Below, in pieces: positions 47,035 through 58,047 of a stretch of 64,000 nt of DNA; within the stretch, counting starts at the first letter, position 1; each line of letters starts with the position of its first letter. The notes under the pieces are model-generated. The model made no database searches and had not been told where the DNA came from. It saw nothing but the letters and a program-made list of their open reading frames with translations. Both the position numbers and the translations under genes were made by a program. Where the stretch lies: the NCBI GenBank assembly GCA_904419525.1, contig CAJFRT010000007.1, positions 3,250 through 67,249 of the forward strand. The letters are read 5' to 3'. Source of the stretch: Candidatus Gallimonas merdae (GTDB lineage: Bacteria > Bacillota > Clostridia > Christensenellales > Borkfalkiaceae).

Positions 47035-48147
47035 TTACAGCATTCTTCCCTTTGCGATGAAGTAAGGCAGTTCCTCACAGCCCGCAAGGTGGCGCCTGTC
47101 GCGGATCACGACATTTTTGTCCGTAATGACGCAGTCGAGCTGAACGCCCGTGCCGATGACCGTATCCTGCATGATGATGGAATTTTTGACGACGCTTCCC
47201 TTTCCGACTTTGACGCCGCGGAACAGAATGCAGTTTTCAACCGTTCCTTCGATCTCACAGCCGTCGGAAATGAGCGAGTTCTTTACCTGCGCGCCGTCAG
47301 CGTATTTGCTAGGTGCAGAATCGCGGACCTTTGTATAGATATCGCGTGCCCCGAACAGTTCGTCGCGGACGTCCTTTTGCAGAAGTTCCATACTGTGCTG
47401 ATAGTATTTCTGCAGGGAATCGACTCCCGCGTAGTATCCTTTGAAGTTATAGCCGTATATTTTAAGGGTATCGACGTTCTTGCTGAGAATGTCCCTTCCG
47501 AAACTGGAAAGCCCCCTCGTCACCGCGTCCTGGATAATGTTGATCAGAAATTCGCGGTTGAGCACCATAATATTGATATAGACGTTGCTCTTGGATTTTG
47601 CTTTGAGTTTGGGGTTGATTTTCAGTCCCGTGATACGGCCGTCCTCAGCAGGAGTGAGTGTGACAAAGTATCCGGAATCGACGGGCCCCTCTTCTTCATG
47701 GTACACCATCGTGATGTCCGCGCCCTTCTCTTCGTGATACGCAATGACCGAGGAGATGTCGATGTGGGCAATGCCGTCACAGTCGGAAATAACCACATAA
47801 TCCTCATTTCTGTGCGTCAGGAATCCCGTGATCCCTTTGAGCGCTTCCAGGCGGTTGGTATAGGGCGCGTCCGTCTCGTCCGAATAGGGAGGAAGCAGAA
47901 TGATCCCGCCGTCTTTCCGGGCCAGATCCCAGTCTTTCCCGCTTCCGAGATGGTCGAGGAGGGACTGATAATTGTACTTTGTTACAACGCCGACCGTCGT
48001 GATCCCGGCATTTACGAAATTGGAAAGAGTAAAGTCGATCAGACGGTATCTGCCCCCGTACGGAATGGAAGCCATCGTCCTGTGACGGGAGAGCTCCGGG
48101 ATATTTTCGTCATGCACATTGGAAAAAATTACGCCTACAGTAGCCAT
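47035..48147 (-). CDS. glgD: Glucose-1-phosphate adenylyltransferase, GlgD subunit
   Basis: MATVGVIFSNVHDENIPELS...RLIDFTLSN. Lacks the GlgC GGxGxRL motif, as expected for GlgD. RBS GGGGGAG. Confidence 0.88.
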   Translation of the reverse strand: MATVGVIFSNVHDENIPELSRHRTMASIPYGGRYRLIDFTLSNFVNAGITTVGVVTKYNYQSLLDHLGSGKDWDLARKDGGIILLPPYSDETDAPYTNRLEALKGITGFLTHRNEDYVVISDCDGIAHIDISSVIAYHEEKGADITMVYHEEEGPVDSGYFVTLTPAEDGRITGLKINPKLKAKSKSNVYINIMVLNREFLINIIQDAVTRGLSSFGRDILSKNVDTLKIYGYNFKGYYAGVDSLQKYYQHSMELLQKDVRDELFGARDIYTKVRDSAPSKYADGAQVKNSLISDGCEIEGTVENCILFRGVKVGKGSVVKNSIIMQDTVIGTGVQLDCVITDKNVVIRDRRHLAGCEELPYFIAKGRML

Positions 48148-48151
48148 TGTC

Positions 48152-49348
48152 TTACTCCCCCTTGTAATCCTTGTCAAGGATCTGCCCGCCGGCGACAACT
48201 GCGCCCGCGCCGATCGTGATGTTTCTGCCGAGCACGGCAATGCCGGCCCCTTTTTCTTTCTCTTCGCCGACGGTCGCCCCGCTCTCGATCGCGGTATTCT
48301 CGTCTACGATGGAATATACAACTTTTGCGCCCTTTCTGACGACGCTACCTGCCATGAGGACGCTGTCGATCACTTCTGCGCCTTCTTCGATGATGACATT
48401 GCTTGAAAGAACAGAGTTGATCACCGTTCCCTGGATCTCGCAGCCGAGCGAAATTAGCGAATTTCCGACGACTGCCTTGTTCCCTATGTATTCGGGCGGA
48501 GCGAGCGGATTGCGCGAATGGATCTTCCAATCGGGATCATTGACGTCAAACGCAGGTTCTTCGCCGAGAAGATCCATATTCGCCTCCCAGAGCGAGGAGA
48601 TCGTTCCGACGTCCTTCCAATAACCGCTGAAGCGGTAGGAATACATTTTTTCGCCGGCATTCAGCATGGCGGGAAGCACGTCCTTGCCGAAGTCCTTGCT
48701 GGAATTGGGATTTTCGTCGTCTTCCGTGAGATATTTGAAGAGCTTGCTTGCCGTAAAGATATAGATCCCCATCGAAGCAAGATTGCTCTTGGGCTGTTTG
48801 GGTTTTTCCTCAAACTGATAGATGGATCCGTCTTCGTTGGTGTTCAGGATCCCGAAGCGGGAAGCCTCTTTCATGGGGACTTCGATTGCGGCGATCGTGC
48901 AGTCCGCTCCCGTGGCCTTGTGCGCCTTGAGCATCGCTTCATAGTCCATTTTATAGATATGATCGCCTGAGAGAATGAGCACATAATCGGGATTGTATTT
49001 TTTCATGAACGCCATATTCTGGTAGATCGCGTTCGCAGTCCCCTCAAACCAGGAAGATTTTCTCTTGGCCTGATAAGGCGAGAGAATATGGACGCCGCCG
49101 AACGAACGGTCCAGATCCCAGGGCTGGCCGTTTCCGATGTACTCGTTGAGCTCAAGCGGCTCGTACTGTGTGAGGACGCCCACGGTATCGATGCCCGAAT
49201 TGATGCAGTTCGAGAGCGGGAAATCGATGATGCGATACTTCCCGCCAAATGCGACCGCAGGTTTTGCAATGTTGTTCGTGAGCGCATACAGACGGCTTCC
49301 CTGTCCGCCCGCAAGCAACATTGCCACACACTCTTTCTTTCTTTGCAT
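48152..49348 (-). CDS. glgC: Glucose-1-phosphate adenylyltransferase
   Basis: [16 protein letters not shown] and [19 protein letters not shown] motifs. RBS AGGGGG. Confidence 0.92.
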   Translation of the reverse strand: MQRKKECVAMLLAGGQGSRLYALTNNIAKPAVAFGGKYRIIDFPLSNCINSGIDTVGVLTQYEPLELNEYIGNGQPWDLDRSFGGVHILSPYQAKRKSSWFEGTANAIYQNMAFMKKYNPDYVLILSGDHIYKMDYEAMLKAHKATGADCTIAAIEVPMKEASRFGILNTNEDGSIYQFEEKPKQPKSNLASMGIYIFTASKLFKYLTEDDENPNSSKDFGKDVLPAMLNAGEKMYSYRFSGYWKDVGTISSLWEANMDLLGEEPAFDVNDPDWKIHSRNPLAPPEYIGNKAVVGNSLISLGCEIQGTVINSVLSSNVIIEEGAEVIDSVLMAGSVVRKGAKVVYSIVDENTAIESGATVGEEKEKGAGIAVLGRNITIGAGAVVAGGQILDKDYKGE

Positions 49349-49376
49349 AAAGAACCCCCTAATCAATATGTTTTTA

Positions 49377-51389
49377 CTATATTTTCTTCGGCTTGTCTGC
49401 CGCAGATGCCTTGGTCGTGCCTGCCGCCGGCTTTGCACGTTTTGCCGTTGTTTTCACCGCTTTCGGCTCCTCCGGTTCCCGTTCCAGATACAGACAGGTC
49501 ATTTTGGGCATGTCGATGGAAATGGAATATTGCTTTCCGTGCGCGGGCTTCCTGACGGCTGAGAAGATGCGCTTGGAGATCTTTCCGTCGCCGCCGTATT
49601 TTTTATCGTCGGTATTGAATACCAGTCTGTATTTTGCGCGCTGTGATACGCCGAGACGATACCCCGGCATGTCCGCGCCGGAGAAACAGACGATTGCAAT
49701 GATTTCTCTGCCCGCTCTGTCCCTGCGGACGAATGCGACGATGTTTTTGTCTGCATCGTCGGGAGCGAGCCATTCAAACCCGTCCCAGGAATCTTCTATT
49801 TCATAGAGCGCGGCATTCGTGCGGTAGAATTCATTGAGTTCTTTTACCATCACGGAAAGTTTTCCGTGCAGTTCATAGGTGTCGCGCAGGAAGAATTCAA
49901 GCCCTTCGTGATAGTCCCATTCCTTGAACTGGCCGAATTCATACCCCATGAAATTGAGTTTCTTACCGGGATGCGCCATCATATAGCCGAGGAACGACCG
50001 GACTCCGGCAAACTTTTCCTCATATGTTCCGGGCATCTTGTTGATGAGAGAGCATTTTCCGTGAACCACTTCGTCATGCGAGATGGGCAGAACATAGTTC
50101 TCGGAGAATGCATACATCATGGAAAATGTCAGTTTGCTGTGGTTATAACTTCTGAAATAGGGATTGAGACAGAGATATGAGAGCATATCGTTCATCCATC
50201 CCATATTCCACTTAAAGTTGAAACCGAGCCCCCCGACGGAACCGGACTTTGTGACCAGGCCCCATGCGGTCGATTCTTCGGCGATCATCAGCGCGTAAGG
50301 ATAGCGCAGGAAAACGGCCTCGTTGAGCTTTCTCAAAAAGGCGATCGCCTCCAGATTCTTATTCTCGCCGTAGATGTTGGGGACCCATTCTCCCGGGCGC
50401 TTATCGTAGTCCAGATAGAGCATGGAAGCGACGGCATCGACCCGAAGCCCGTCCACGTGGTATTTGTCGAAGAAAAAGCAGGCGTCGGAGATCAGGAATG
50501 AGAGCACTTCGTTCCGACCGTAGTCAAAACGGCGTGTCCCCCAGCTCTTGTGCTCCATTCTGTCCCACTGACTGCTTTCATACAGCGGCTGGCCGTCGAA
50601 TTCATACAGGCCCGGCGCATCCTTGGGGAAATGTGCGGGGACCCAGTCGAGAATGACGCCGATCCCCGCCTTATGGAACTCGTCGATCAAATACATGAAA
50701 TCTTTCGGCGTACCCATACGCGACGTGACGGCATAATAGCCGGTCACCTGATAGCCCCACGATCCTTCAAACGGGAATTCGGTCACGGGCATGAATTCGA
50801 CATGCGTATAGCCCATCTCCTTGACATAGGGAACAAGTTCCCTTGCAAGATCGAGATAGGAATAAAAGTTTCCGTCCGCATGACGTTTCCATGAGAGCAG
50901 ATTGACTTCATAGATATTCATGGGAGAGGCAAAAATATTCCTTTTGCCGATCTCTTCAAAATAAGACTTGTCCTGCCAGTCGTATCCGTCAAGGTCATAG
51001 AGCTTGGAGGCAGTGGCCGGAGGCGTTTCGGTGTGGAAGCCGACGGGGTCTGCCTTCATAAGCTGTCTGCCGTCCGCCGCGGTGATGCAGTATTTATAGG
51101 TATCGTACTGCTTGAGTCCGGGAATAAAACACTCAAAACTTTCGCCGTCCACCATGCGTTTCATGACATGGCTTTCGGGATCCCATTCATTGAAATCTCC
51201 GACGACGGAAACGCTGCGCGCATGCGGCGCCCAGACGCGGAAGATATATCCTTCCTGCCCTTCGCGCACTTCTTTGTGAGCGCCGAAGAGTTCATAAATG
51301 CGATCGTTCTTTCCGTGGTGGTACAGATACAGCGGAAAATCTGCCGCATTGTCCGGAGCTTCGTTTTCGCGTGTTTCTTTTTTCAGCAT
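49377..51389 (-). CDS. glgB: 1,4-alpha-glucan branching enzyme with Lys/Ala/Thr-rich C-terminal tail
   Basis: GH13 branching-enzyme regions ([27 protein letters not shown]). RBS GAAGGAGA. The last ~33 aa are [33 protein letters not shown]. Confidence 0.92.
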   Translation of the reverse strand: MLKKETRENEAPDNAADFPLYLYHHGKNDRIYELFGAHKEVREGQEGYIFRVWAPHARSVSVVGDFNEWDPESHVMKRMVDGESFECFIPGLKQYDTYKYCITAADGRQLMKADPVGFHTETPPATASKLYDLDGYDWQDKSYFEEIGKRNIFASPMNIYEVNLLSWKRHADGNFYSYLDLARELVPYVKEMGYTHVEFMPVTEFPFEGSWGYQVTGYYAVTSRMGTPKDFMYLIDEFHKAGIGVILDWVPAHFPKDAPGLYEFDGQPLYESSQWDRMEHKSWGTRRFDYGRNEVLSFLISDACFFFDKYHVDGLRVDAVASMLYLDYDKRPGEWVPNIYGENKNLEAIAFLRKLNEAVFLRYPYALMIAEESTAWGLVTKSGSVGGLGFNFKWNMGWMNDMLSYLCLNPYFRSYNHSKLTFSMMYAFSENYVLPISHDEVVHGKCSLINKMPGTYEEKFAGVRSFLGYMMAHPGKKLNFMGYEFGQFKEWDYHEGLEFFLRDTYELHGKLSVMVKELNEFYRTNAALYEIEDSWDGFEWLAPDDADKNIVAFVRRDRAGREIIAIVCFSGADMPGYRLGVSQRAKYRLVFNTDDKKYGGDGKISKRIFSAVRKPAHGKQYSISIDMPKMTCLYLEREPEEPKAVKTTAKRAKPAAGTTKASAADKPKKI

Positions 51390-51463
51390 TTTGTCTCCTT
51401 CAGAAACCTGTCGTTCCCCCTGCCTTATTGTACAGACGGAAGATATCGCCGTACATCGGTCTT

Positions 51464-51492
51464 ATTATACTATATTTTGCGTCCGGTTTCAA
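51464..51492 (-). promoter_or_regulatory. Sigma-70-type promoter of the glg operon
   Basis: Minus strand TTGAAA, 17 nt spacer, TATAAT, about 75 nt upstream of the glgB ATG. Confidence 0.6.
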
Positions 51493-51555
51493 TACCCAAT
51501 TTGCAATTTTTAGCGTTTTTTTGCAAAAAATTTATTGCGACAGAGATGATGTGCA

Positions 51556-51586
51556 AGAAAAATCCCCTCGGAGAATTCCGGGGGGA
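51556..51586 (-). terminator. Probable terminator after ilvC
   Basis: ATCCCC ... GGGGAT stem, followed on the minus strand by TTTTCT. Confidence 0.55.
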
Positions 51587-51592
51587 TGAAAT

Positions 51593-52642
51593 TTACTTTG
51601 TTTCGCTGTATTTGTCTTCCTTATTCCAGGAATACAGTTCACGGAGTTCTTCGCCGACTTTTTCCAGCATATGCGAAGCTTCCCTTTCACGGCATGCGTT
51701 GAAGTGCGCACGTCCGCCGCTCTTGTTTTCAGAGATCCATTTGGAAGCAAATGTGCCGTCCTGAATTTCGGTCAGGACCTTTTTCATCTCCTTTTTTGTT
51801 TCGTCGGTAATGAGCCGTTTGCCCGTCTCATAGTCGCCGAATTCAGCCGTATCGGAGATGGAATAGCGCATCTTTTTGAACCCGCCGTTATAGATCAGGT
51901 CAACAATGAGCTTCATTTCGTGAATGCATTCAAAATATGCGTTGCGGGGATCGTATCCTGCTTCGACGAGCGTCTCGAACCCGGCTTTCATGAGCGCCGT
52001 CACGCCGCCGCAGAGCACGGCCTGCTCGCCGAAGAGGTCGGTTTCCGTCTCGCATTTGAATGTCGTTTCAAGAACGCCTGCCCGTGCGCCGCCGATTCCG
52101 AGCGCGTATGCAAGCGCGACGTCCATCGTATCGCCGGAGGGATCCTGATAGACGGCGACAAGATCGGGTACGCCGTGTCCCTCCATGTATTCGCTGCGGA
52201 CGGTGTGACCGGGTCCCTTGGGAGCGATCATGAATACGTTGACGTCCGCCGGGGGAACGATCTGTTTGAAGTGAATGTTGAATCCGTGCGCGAATGCAAG
52301 GTATTTTCCCTCTTTCAGGACGGGCGCAACGCTCTCTTTGTAGATGTCCGCCATCTTTTCATCGGGAGTAAGCATCATGATCACGTCTGCCTTTTCCGCC
52401 GCTTCGCGAACGGAATAGACCTCAAATCCTGCTTTTTCCGCAATGGGCCACGTCCTTCCGCCCTGATTGAGACCGATAATGACACGAATTCCGCTGTCCT
52501 TGAGATTGAGCGCGTGTGCGTGCCCCTGACTTCCGAACCCGATGACGGCAACCGTCTTGCTTTTGAGCCGTTTCAGATCGCAGTCTGCCTCATGGAAGAT
52601 GCGCGCTTCCTGTGTTTCGGGATCATAAATCTTATGTGCCAT
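51593..52642 (-). CDS. ilvC: Ketol-acid reductoisomerase
   Basis: [26 protein letters not shown] motif. 349 aa. RBS CGGAGG. Confidence 0.94.
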   Translation of the reverse strand: MAHKIYDPETQEARIFHEADCDLKRLKSKTVAVIGFGSQGHAHALNLKDSGIRVIIGLNQGGRTWPIAEKAGFEVYSVREAAEKADVIMMLTPDEKMADIYKESVAPVLKEGKYLAFAHGFNIHFKQIVPPADVNVFMIAPKGPGHTVRSEYMEGHGVPDLVAVYQDPSGDTMDVALAYALGIGGARAGVLETTFKCETETDLFGEQAVLCGGVTALMKAGFETLVEAGYDPRNAYFECIHEMKLIVDLIYNGGFKKMRYSISDTAEFGDYETGKRLITDETKKEMKKVLTEIQDGTFASKWISENKSGGRAHFNACREREASHMLEKVGEELRELYSWNKEDKYSETK

Positions 52643-52678
52643 ATTCAGTCCTCCGTGATGTTTGCTTTTTACGTTTCA

Positions 52679-52708
52679 ATTATACCCCCGCTTTGCGGTT
52701 TCCGTCAA
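52679..52708 (-). promoter_or_regulatory. Sigma-70-type promoter of ilvC
   Basis: Minus strand TTGACG, 18 nt spacer, TATAAT. Leaves a short (~35 nt) leader, too short for a T-box. Confidence 0.6.
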
Positions 52709-52768
52709 GCAAACGACGATCATTTTTCATGCAAAATCCCCGATTACGGCTTTCAATTTCTCCGATTG

Positions 52769-52797
52769 TTGCATTTTCGGGGAGATTGTGGTATGAT
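52769..52797 (+). promoter_or_regulatory. Sigma-70-type promoter of the DUF815 ATPase gene
   Basis: TTGCAT, 17 nt spacer, TATGAT. Confidence 0.55.
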
Positions 52798-52817
52798 ATT
52801 TCAAAAAAATCGGGGAC

Positions 52818-53957
52818 ATGCGTATGAATCGACTTCAATCACTGACAGTACTGCAAGGAATTCTGAAAGATCCGTTGATTGCAGCTTTTGCGCAGGGGGA
52901 TAAGACAGCCTTTCTGCGCCTCTGTTATGTGCGCGGTGCAGAAGAACATTTTATCAAGCAGCTTTCCGATGTCGTGCTGACCGATGAAAACGCCTTTTCC
53001 AGAACCTGTGCAGACGGAAAACAGCCGTCGGAGCTTGTCCGGGCGGCCTATTTATCCGATCTTCGCGCGATCCGTCAGGCGCTTGACGTGCCTGAAGAGG
53101 GATTCCGGCTTGGGGAAACGCCTGAACTTTTTGACGGCTGGGACGAAGATTGCGTTGCGCGGCTGGCAGATCACTATCGCAGAAACGGCTGCGGGAGATG
53201 GCTTTCTCATACGGCGTTCCGCTATGCGGACGGAGAACTGCGCCCCATTCTTACGCCTTCCTCCGTGTCGCTCTCCGATCTCAAAGGTTATGAGACGGAA
53301 AAAGCCGAGGTGCGGGACAATTTTGAAAATTTTGTCCGAGGACTGCCCTATTCGGATATGCTCCTTTACGGAGATCGCGGCACGGGGAAATCTTCCACCG
53401 TGCACGCGATGATCAATCTGTTTGCGGAAAAAAAGCTGCGCCTTGTGGAGATCGACAAGGAAAATATTCTTTCCCTCCCTCATCTTCGTGCCATGCTCTC
53501 CGCCGTTCCGATGAAATTTGTCGTCTTTATCGATGATTTTTCGCTCCGTGAAGACGACGACCGCGTCTCTACGCTGAAAGCCGCTTTACAGGGCTCCATG
53601 GAGGGACATGCCGGCAACGTAATGATCGTTGCGACAAGCAACCGGCGCCATATTGTGAACGAAAGTTTTACGACACGGATGAACAGCATACACGCGGGAG
53701 ACAGCGAGGAGGAGCTCCTCTCCCTCTCCGACCGATTCGGGATCACCGTGCTGTTCGCTTCGACGGACAAGCGGGAGTATCTTGCGATCGTTCACGCACT
53801 TGCATCTGATTTCGGGATCAGAATGCCGTCCGATGAACTGGATCTGTATGCCGAGAGATGGGCGCTCCAGCGCGGGGGCCGCTCTCCGCGCCGTGCCAGA
53901 CAGTTTGCAGAGTACGTTTTTGCCTGCGAGAGCAAGGGAAAGGCCGTGCAGGTCTGA
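52818..53957 (+). CDS. AAA-type ATP-binding protein (DUF815 family)
   Basis: Walker A LLYGDRGTGKSSTV and Walker B VVFIDDF. 379 aa. Confidence 0.8.
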   Translation: MRMNRLQSLTVLQGILKDPLIAAFAQGDKTAFLRLCYVRGAEEHFIKQLSDVVLTDENAFSRTCADGKQPSELVRAAYLSDLRAIRQALDVPEEGFRLGETPELFDGWDEDCVARLADHYRRNGCGRWLSHTAFRYADGELRPILTPSSVSLSDLKGYETEKAEVRDNFENFVRGLPYSDMLLYGDRGTGKSSTVHAMINLFAEKKLRLVEIDKENILSLPHLRAMLSAVPMKFVVFIDDFSLREDDDRVSTLKAALQGSMEGHAGNVMIVATSNRRHIVNESFTTRMNSIHAGDSEEELLSLSDRFGITVLFASTDKREYLAIVHALASDFGIRMPSDELDLYAERWALQRGGRSPRRARQFAEYVFACESKGKAVQV

Positions 53958-55277
53958 TCAATCGAGGAGCCCGCGGACGATCTCGTCGATATCTCCCGCG
54001 CCCAACACAAGGATCAGATCGTCCTTTTGCGCGGTTTCCGTCAGGCGGCGCCTGAGATCGGACGGCGTCTGAACATATTGCGCTTCGGGAATACGGCTGA
54101 CAAGGGCCGGAGCGCTTCCCTCAAAAAAGAACGGTTCCCGCGCGGCGTACGTGCGGTAGATCAGAGGGTTTTCCGCACGTTTGAGCACAGCGACAAAATC
54201 TGCCATCAGATCGCGGGTACGGGTATATGTATGCGGCTGAAAGACGACGCGCACCGTACCGCGGCACAGTCCCTCTGCCGTAGACAGTGCGGCGGCGATC
54301 TCGGCCGGATGATGTGCGTAATCGCAGATCATCGGAATACCGTTCAGCGTGCCGATCCGCTCGAAGCGGCGTTTTACTCCGCGGAACTCTTCCAGCCCTT
54401 CGGCGATCTCGCGCGGAGAAATTCCGGAGAGCCGTGCCGCAGCATAGGCGGCGAGTGCATTCTGAACCTGTACTTTTCCCAATACATGAAGACGGATCCG
54501 CGCGACGGGAATATTTTTTTCGGAGAGCGTAAAAGTATAGTATTCCCCGTCCGAATAAAGTTTTGAAGCACGGATATCGCCCGCATGCAGACCAAAGGAA
54601 AGCGCGTGCGGGATGCCGATCGCATTTGCATCGTCTGCATTTACAATGGCCGACTTTGCGGCCGCAGCGAATTTTTTGTATGCCTCCAGCAGATCGCCTG
54701 CATTTTTATAGCAGTCCGTGTGGTCGAGGTCGGTATTCAGGATCACGGCGATCTCGCTTTCCAACGAAAGAAAACTGCGCCGGAATTCGCAGGCTTCTGT
54801 CAGAAAATATTCGTTGCCCGTCGAACGGTAATTCCCGAAATCGAGATCTTCCCCGCCGATGTGACAGGTGGCTTGCTTTCCGGCATGGAAAAAGACGTGA
54901 GCAAGCATCGAAGTTGCCGAAGTCTTCCCGTGACAGCCTGCCACAGACAGTACGTGAGGATACTCTCCTGCGATCATACCGAGAATTTGCGCGCGCGTGA
55001 GAAGCCGTTTCCCCTCTGCACGCGCTTTTTCCAGCATTGCGGAGTGAATGTCAACGGCTTCGGTATATACAACGGTGGGCTCCGTTATCTCTTCTTCACC
55101 GACAGTGACTGCGATGCCGCGCTGCCGGAGTTCACGGACAAAGACGCTTTCACGGGCGTCGCATCCCCGCACGCGGATCCCCCGTTCGGAGAGCAGTCCG
55201 GCAAGCGCACTCATGCTCACTCCGCCGATTCCGACAAAATAGACTCCGCCTGCACATGTTTCAAGAAAAGAAGGCAT
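53958..55277 (-). CDS. murC: UDP-N-acetylmuramate--L-alanine ligase
   Basis: YFVGIGGVSMSALA and AGCHGKTSATSM Mur ligase motifs. Confidence 0.93.
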   Translation of the reverse strand: MPSFLETCAGGVYFVGIGGVSMSALAGLLSERGIRVRGCDARESVFVRELRQRGIAVTVGEEEITEPTVVYTEAVDIHSAMLEKARAEGKRLLTRAQILGMIAGEYPHVLSVAGCHGKTSATSMLAHVFFHAGKQATCHIGGEDLDFGNYRSTGNEYFLTEACEFRRSFLSLESEIAVILNTDLDHTDCYKNAGDLLEAYKKFAAAAKSAIVNADDANAIGIPHALSFGLHAGDIRASKLYSDGEYYTFTLSEKNIPVARIRLHVLGKVQVQNALAAYAAARLSGISPREIAEGLEEFRGVKRRFERIGTLNGIPMICDYAHHPAEIAAALSTAEGLCRGTVRVVFQPHTYTRTRDLMADFVAVLKRAENPLIYRTYAAREPFFFEGSAPALVSRIPEAQYVQTPSDLRRRLTETAQKDDLILVLGAGDIDEIVRGLLD

Positions 55278-55438
55278 ACCGCATTTTATGTAAAATCCCG
55301 TAAAAGCGTGTCACACAGCCCCTTAACATAATTTATTTTAGAAAAAAATTGATAAATTTTGGAAAAACCTCTTGCAAAGAGACGAATTTCGTGATAATAT
55401 AATGAGTACAAGGAGGCATTTTTCAGGGGGATACACTT

Positions 55439-55735
55439 ATGAAAATCGATGATGTACGTATTCGGGAGATCCGCAATCCCGCAGGAAAACTGAAAGCAGT
55501 GGTGTCTGTCACGATCGACGAATGTTTCGTCGTGCATGATATCAAAATCTTTGAACGGGAAGACGGCTTTGCCATTGCAATGCCCAGCCGCAAGACTACG
55601 GACGGAAAATATAAGGACATAGCACACCCCCTTAATTCGGAGACACGGGAAATGCTGCAGAGTATTATCCTTTCTGAATATCGCCGTTTTCTCACAGGGG
55701 ACGGGATTTCTGCGGGGATTGCAGCCGAGGCATAA
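55439..55735 (+). CDS. spoVG: Septation protein SpoVG
   Basis: [37 protein letters not shown]...[10 protein letters not shown] is a near-consensus SpoVG sequence. Confidence 0.93.
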   Translation: MKIDDVRIREIRNPAGKLKAVVSVTIDECFVVHDIKIFEREDGFAIAMPSRKTTDGKYKDIAHPLNSETREMLQSIILSEYRRFLTGDGISAGIAAEA

Positions 55736-55761
55736 ATTCCGATACAAATCAAATGCAACAT

Positions 55762-55793
55762 AAAAAGGCGCGTCCATTGGGACGCGCCTTTTT
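55762..55793. terminator. Bidirectional terminator between spoVG (+) and csp (-)
   Basis: AAAAA-GGCGCGTCC-ATTG-GGACGCGCC-TTTTT. Confidence 0.9.
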
Positions 55794-55803
55794 ATGCTTG
55801 CTT

Positions 55804-56016
55804 TCAGGATACCGGCACTACGTTTACTGCACGGAGTTTGCCGCTGTCTTTGGGATCGGGCTCGGTCTCAAATGTGACTTTCTGCCCTTCCTTCAACGTG
55901 CGGAATCCTTCCGTCTGAATTGCCGAGAAATGGACGAACACATCATCGCCGCCTTCGTCGTTGGCGATGAATCCGTAACCTTTTCCGTCGTTGAACCATT
56001 TAACAGTTCCGTTCAC
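55804..56016 (-). CDS. cspA: Cold shock protein (CSD)
   Basis: [15 protein letters not shown] (RNP1) and VFVHFSAI (RNP2). GTG start with AGGAGG upstream. Confidence 0.92.
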   Translation of the reverse strand: MNGTVKWFNDGKGYGFIANDEGGDDVFVHFSAIQTEGFRTLKEGQKVTFETEPDPKDSGKLRAVNVVPVS

Positions 56017-56103
56017 TTATATTACCTCCTATCGGCGCGCAGTGTAAACGTACGCACACACGCACCGATGCGTCACGAGTCATGCTTATCCACGCCGATA
56101 TCA

Positions 56104-56132
56104 ATTATACTCCTCATTTAAGAGCTTGTCAA
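56104..56132 (-). promoter_or_regulatory. Sigma-70-type promoter of csp with a ~85 nt 5' UTR
   Basis: Minus strand TTGACA, 17 nt spacer, TATAAT. A long leader is typical of csp genes. Confidence 0.65.
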
Positions 56133-56154
56133 GACCCGTTTTGAAATATTCTGC

Positions 56155-57963
56155 TTATTTTTTCAAATAATTTTCAAGAAGAAGTGTATTTGTTTCAACG
56201 AAATCGGAAAGTTCCTCCGGTTTAAGGGGCCGGTAGTTCATGAGGGCAAGATAATAGATCTGCATTGCGGCTTTCTTCTGCGCCTCTTCGCCGGCAGATC
56301 TTAGCGCCTGGACCGCCCCGTTTGCGACGTTGACAACAAGCGTGATATCCGCAGGGGATTCTCCCATGCCGTAAAAAGCGTGCATTTCACTCAGCCTGCG
56401 TGCAAATTCGGCAACATTGACGACAGCGGGAACTTTTTCGTCTTTAAGTTTTTCCGTCTTGACGGTCACATGCTTTCCGTCAAGCGCCTTTTCAAAGACG
56501 GATTTGAGTTCGGAGTCCTCTTCGCTCTCCTCTTTCAGCGCGCCGGCCACGTCGGCATCGATGCGCAAAAATCTCACGCGGGTCGGGTTTTTATACTCGA
56601 GATAGCTCAGAAAATGCGGGTCAATGTAGGTGTCGCAGTAGATCGCGTCCAGTCCCGCGTCACGGAACATTCTGATATACTGCGCCTGCTTGTTTTCATC
56701 GGAGACATAGTAGACGGCCTGCGGCTCTTTCCCGTTCTTTGCGTCCTCTTCGGAGACCTCTTCTCCGTAAAACGAGCTGACGGGATGATATTCGCCCGCA
56801 AGATTTTTGTAGATGATGATATCTTTGACCTTTTTATAAAAGTCCTCATCTTTCAGGCAGCCGAACTTGACGAACGTCGCAAGGTCGGGCCAGCAGGTCT
56901 CATATCGCTCCTTATCGTTTTTATAGAGCTCTGTGAGTTTGTCGGCAACTTTCTTTGTGATGTGTTTTGCGATCTTCTGCACCTGTTTGTCATTCTGCAG
57001 GAAAGAGCGGGACACGTTGAGCGGAATATCGGGGCAATCGATCACGCCGTTCAGAAGCATCAGGAATTCAGGGATCACTTCCTTGATGTTATCAGCGATG
57101 TACACCTGATTACAGTACAGTTTGACTTTTCCGCGTTCCAGTTCCACCTGTTTTTTGACTTTGGGGAAGTACAGGATCCCTTTCAGGCGGAAGGGATATT
57201 CCATGTTGAGGTGGATCCAGAAGAGCGGCTCGTTAAAATCGGAAAAAGTCTCGCGGTAGAAGGATTTGTACTCTTCATCGGTGCATTCCTTGGGCTGTTT
57301 CAGATAGAGCGGGAATGTAGTATTGACGGGTTTGTCGTCCTTTCCCGTGGGATTGAGATAGATCTCATACGGCATGAAAGAACAGTACTTATGAAGAAGT
57401 TCCCTGATCTTTTCCGCCTTCAGGAATTCCTTCTCGTCTTTTGCGATATGCATCACGATCTTCGTGCCGCGGGTCTCCTTATCGCAGTCACCGATCGTAT
57501 AGGTGGAATTGCCGTCCGACTGCCAATGCACACCCGTTGCGCCGTCGCGGTAGGATTTCGTATAGATCTCGATATCTTCGGAGACCATGTAGGCAGAATA
57601 GAATCCCAGCCCGAAATGGCCGATAATCCCGTCCCCACCCGCTTTTTCATATTTGTCGACGAAGTCTGCGGCACCGGAAAACGCGATCTGAGTGATATAC
57701 TTTTCGACTTCCTCTTCCGTCATGCCGATTCCGTTATCCTCAACGGTCAGGGTCCCGGCTTTGGCGTCCGTCGTTACCGTGACGCGGTACTGCTCCTCCG
57801 CAGCGGCTTCTCCGAGATCGACAAGTTTTTTATGCTTGGTGATCGCGTCCTGAGCGTTTGCGACGATCTCCCTGAGGAAGATGTCCTTTTCAGAATACAG
57901 CCACTTTTTGATGATGGGCATCATGTTTTCGCTGGCAATGCGGATATTACCCTGTTTTTCCAT
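56155..57963 (-). CDS. htpG: Molecular chaperone HtpG (Hsp90)
   Basis: LYSEKDIFLREIVANAQDA and GHFGLGFYSAYMV GHKL ATPase motifs. 602 aa. Confidence 0.93.
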   Translation of the reverse strand: MEKQGNIRIASENMMPIIKKWLYSEKDIFLREIVANAQDAITKHKKLVDLGEAAAEEQYRVTVTTDAKAGTLTVEDNGIGMTEEEVEKYITQIAFSGAADFVDKYEKAGGDGIIGHFGLGFYSAYMVSEDIEIYTKSYRDGATGVHWQSDGNSTYTIGDCDKETRGTKIVMHIAKDEKEFLKAEKIRELLHKYCSFMPYEIYLNPTGKDDKPVNTTFPLYLKQPKECTDEEYKSFYRETFSDFNEPLFWIHLNMEYPFRLKGILYFPKVKKQVELERGKVKLYCNQVYIADNIKEVIPEFLMLLNGVIDCPDIPLNVSRSFLQNDKQVQKIAKHITKKVADKLTELYKNDKERYETCWPDLATFVKFGCLKDEDFYKKVKDIIIYKNLAGEYHPVSSFYGEEVSEEDAKNGKEPQAVYYVSDENKQAQYIRMFRDAGLDAIYCDTYIDPHFLSYLEYKNPTRVRFLRIDADVAGALKEESEEDSELKSVFEKALDGKHVTVKTEKLKDEKVPAVVNVAEFARRLSEMHAFYGMGESPADITLVVNVANGAVQALRSAGEEAQKKAAMQIYYLALMNYRPLKPEELSDFVETNTLLLENYLKK

Positions 57964-58003
57964 AAATTGTTAGCTCCTTATTGATGTTCAAAGCATATAT
58001 AAA

Positions 58004-58032
58004 CAAAAAAATCCGCCATTAAGCGGATTTTT
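58004..58032 (-). terminator. Rho-independent terminator after ispH-rpsA
   Basis: A7-ATCCGC-CATTAA-GCGGAT-TTTT. The minus strand has the longer U-tract. Confidence 0.75.
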
Positions 58033-58047
58033 AAGAGATTTATTGAT

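Noticed and set aside
47968-47992. Partial matches to the palindrome family: GACTGATAATTGTACTTTG in glgD; TCTGACA repeats at 1868-1900; GACATAGT in lexA at 36220; CAGACATAG at 41086.
   Set aside because: Only one arm, or 7-9 nt, matches and the partner arm is absent. Matches of this length are expected by chance in 64 kb, so they are not counted as family members.
51495-51545. TTTTTTGCAAAAAA palindrome and three TTGCAA/TTGCGA repeats upstream of the glg operon promoter, considered as a possible cre, Spo0A or other operator.
   Set aside because: No convincing match to the cre consensus (no central CG core in register) or to the 0A box. A low-complexity AT-rich run could arise by chance. Noted only as a place to look if the glg promoter is dissected.
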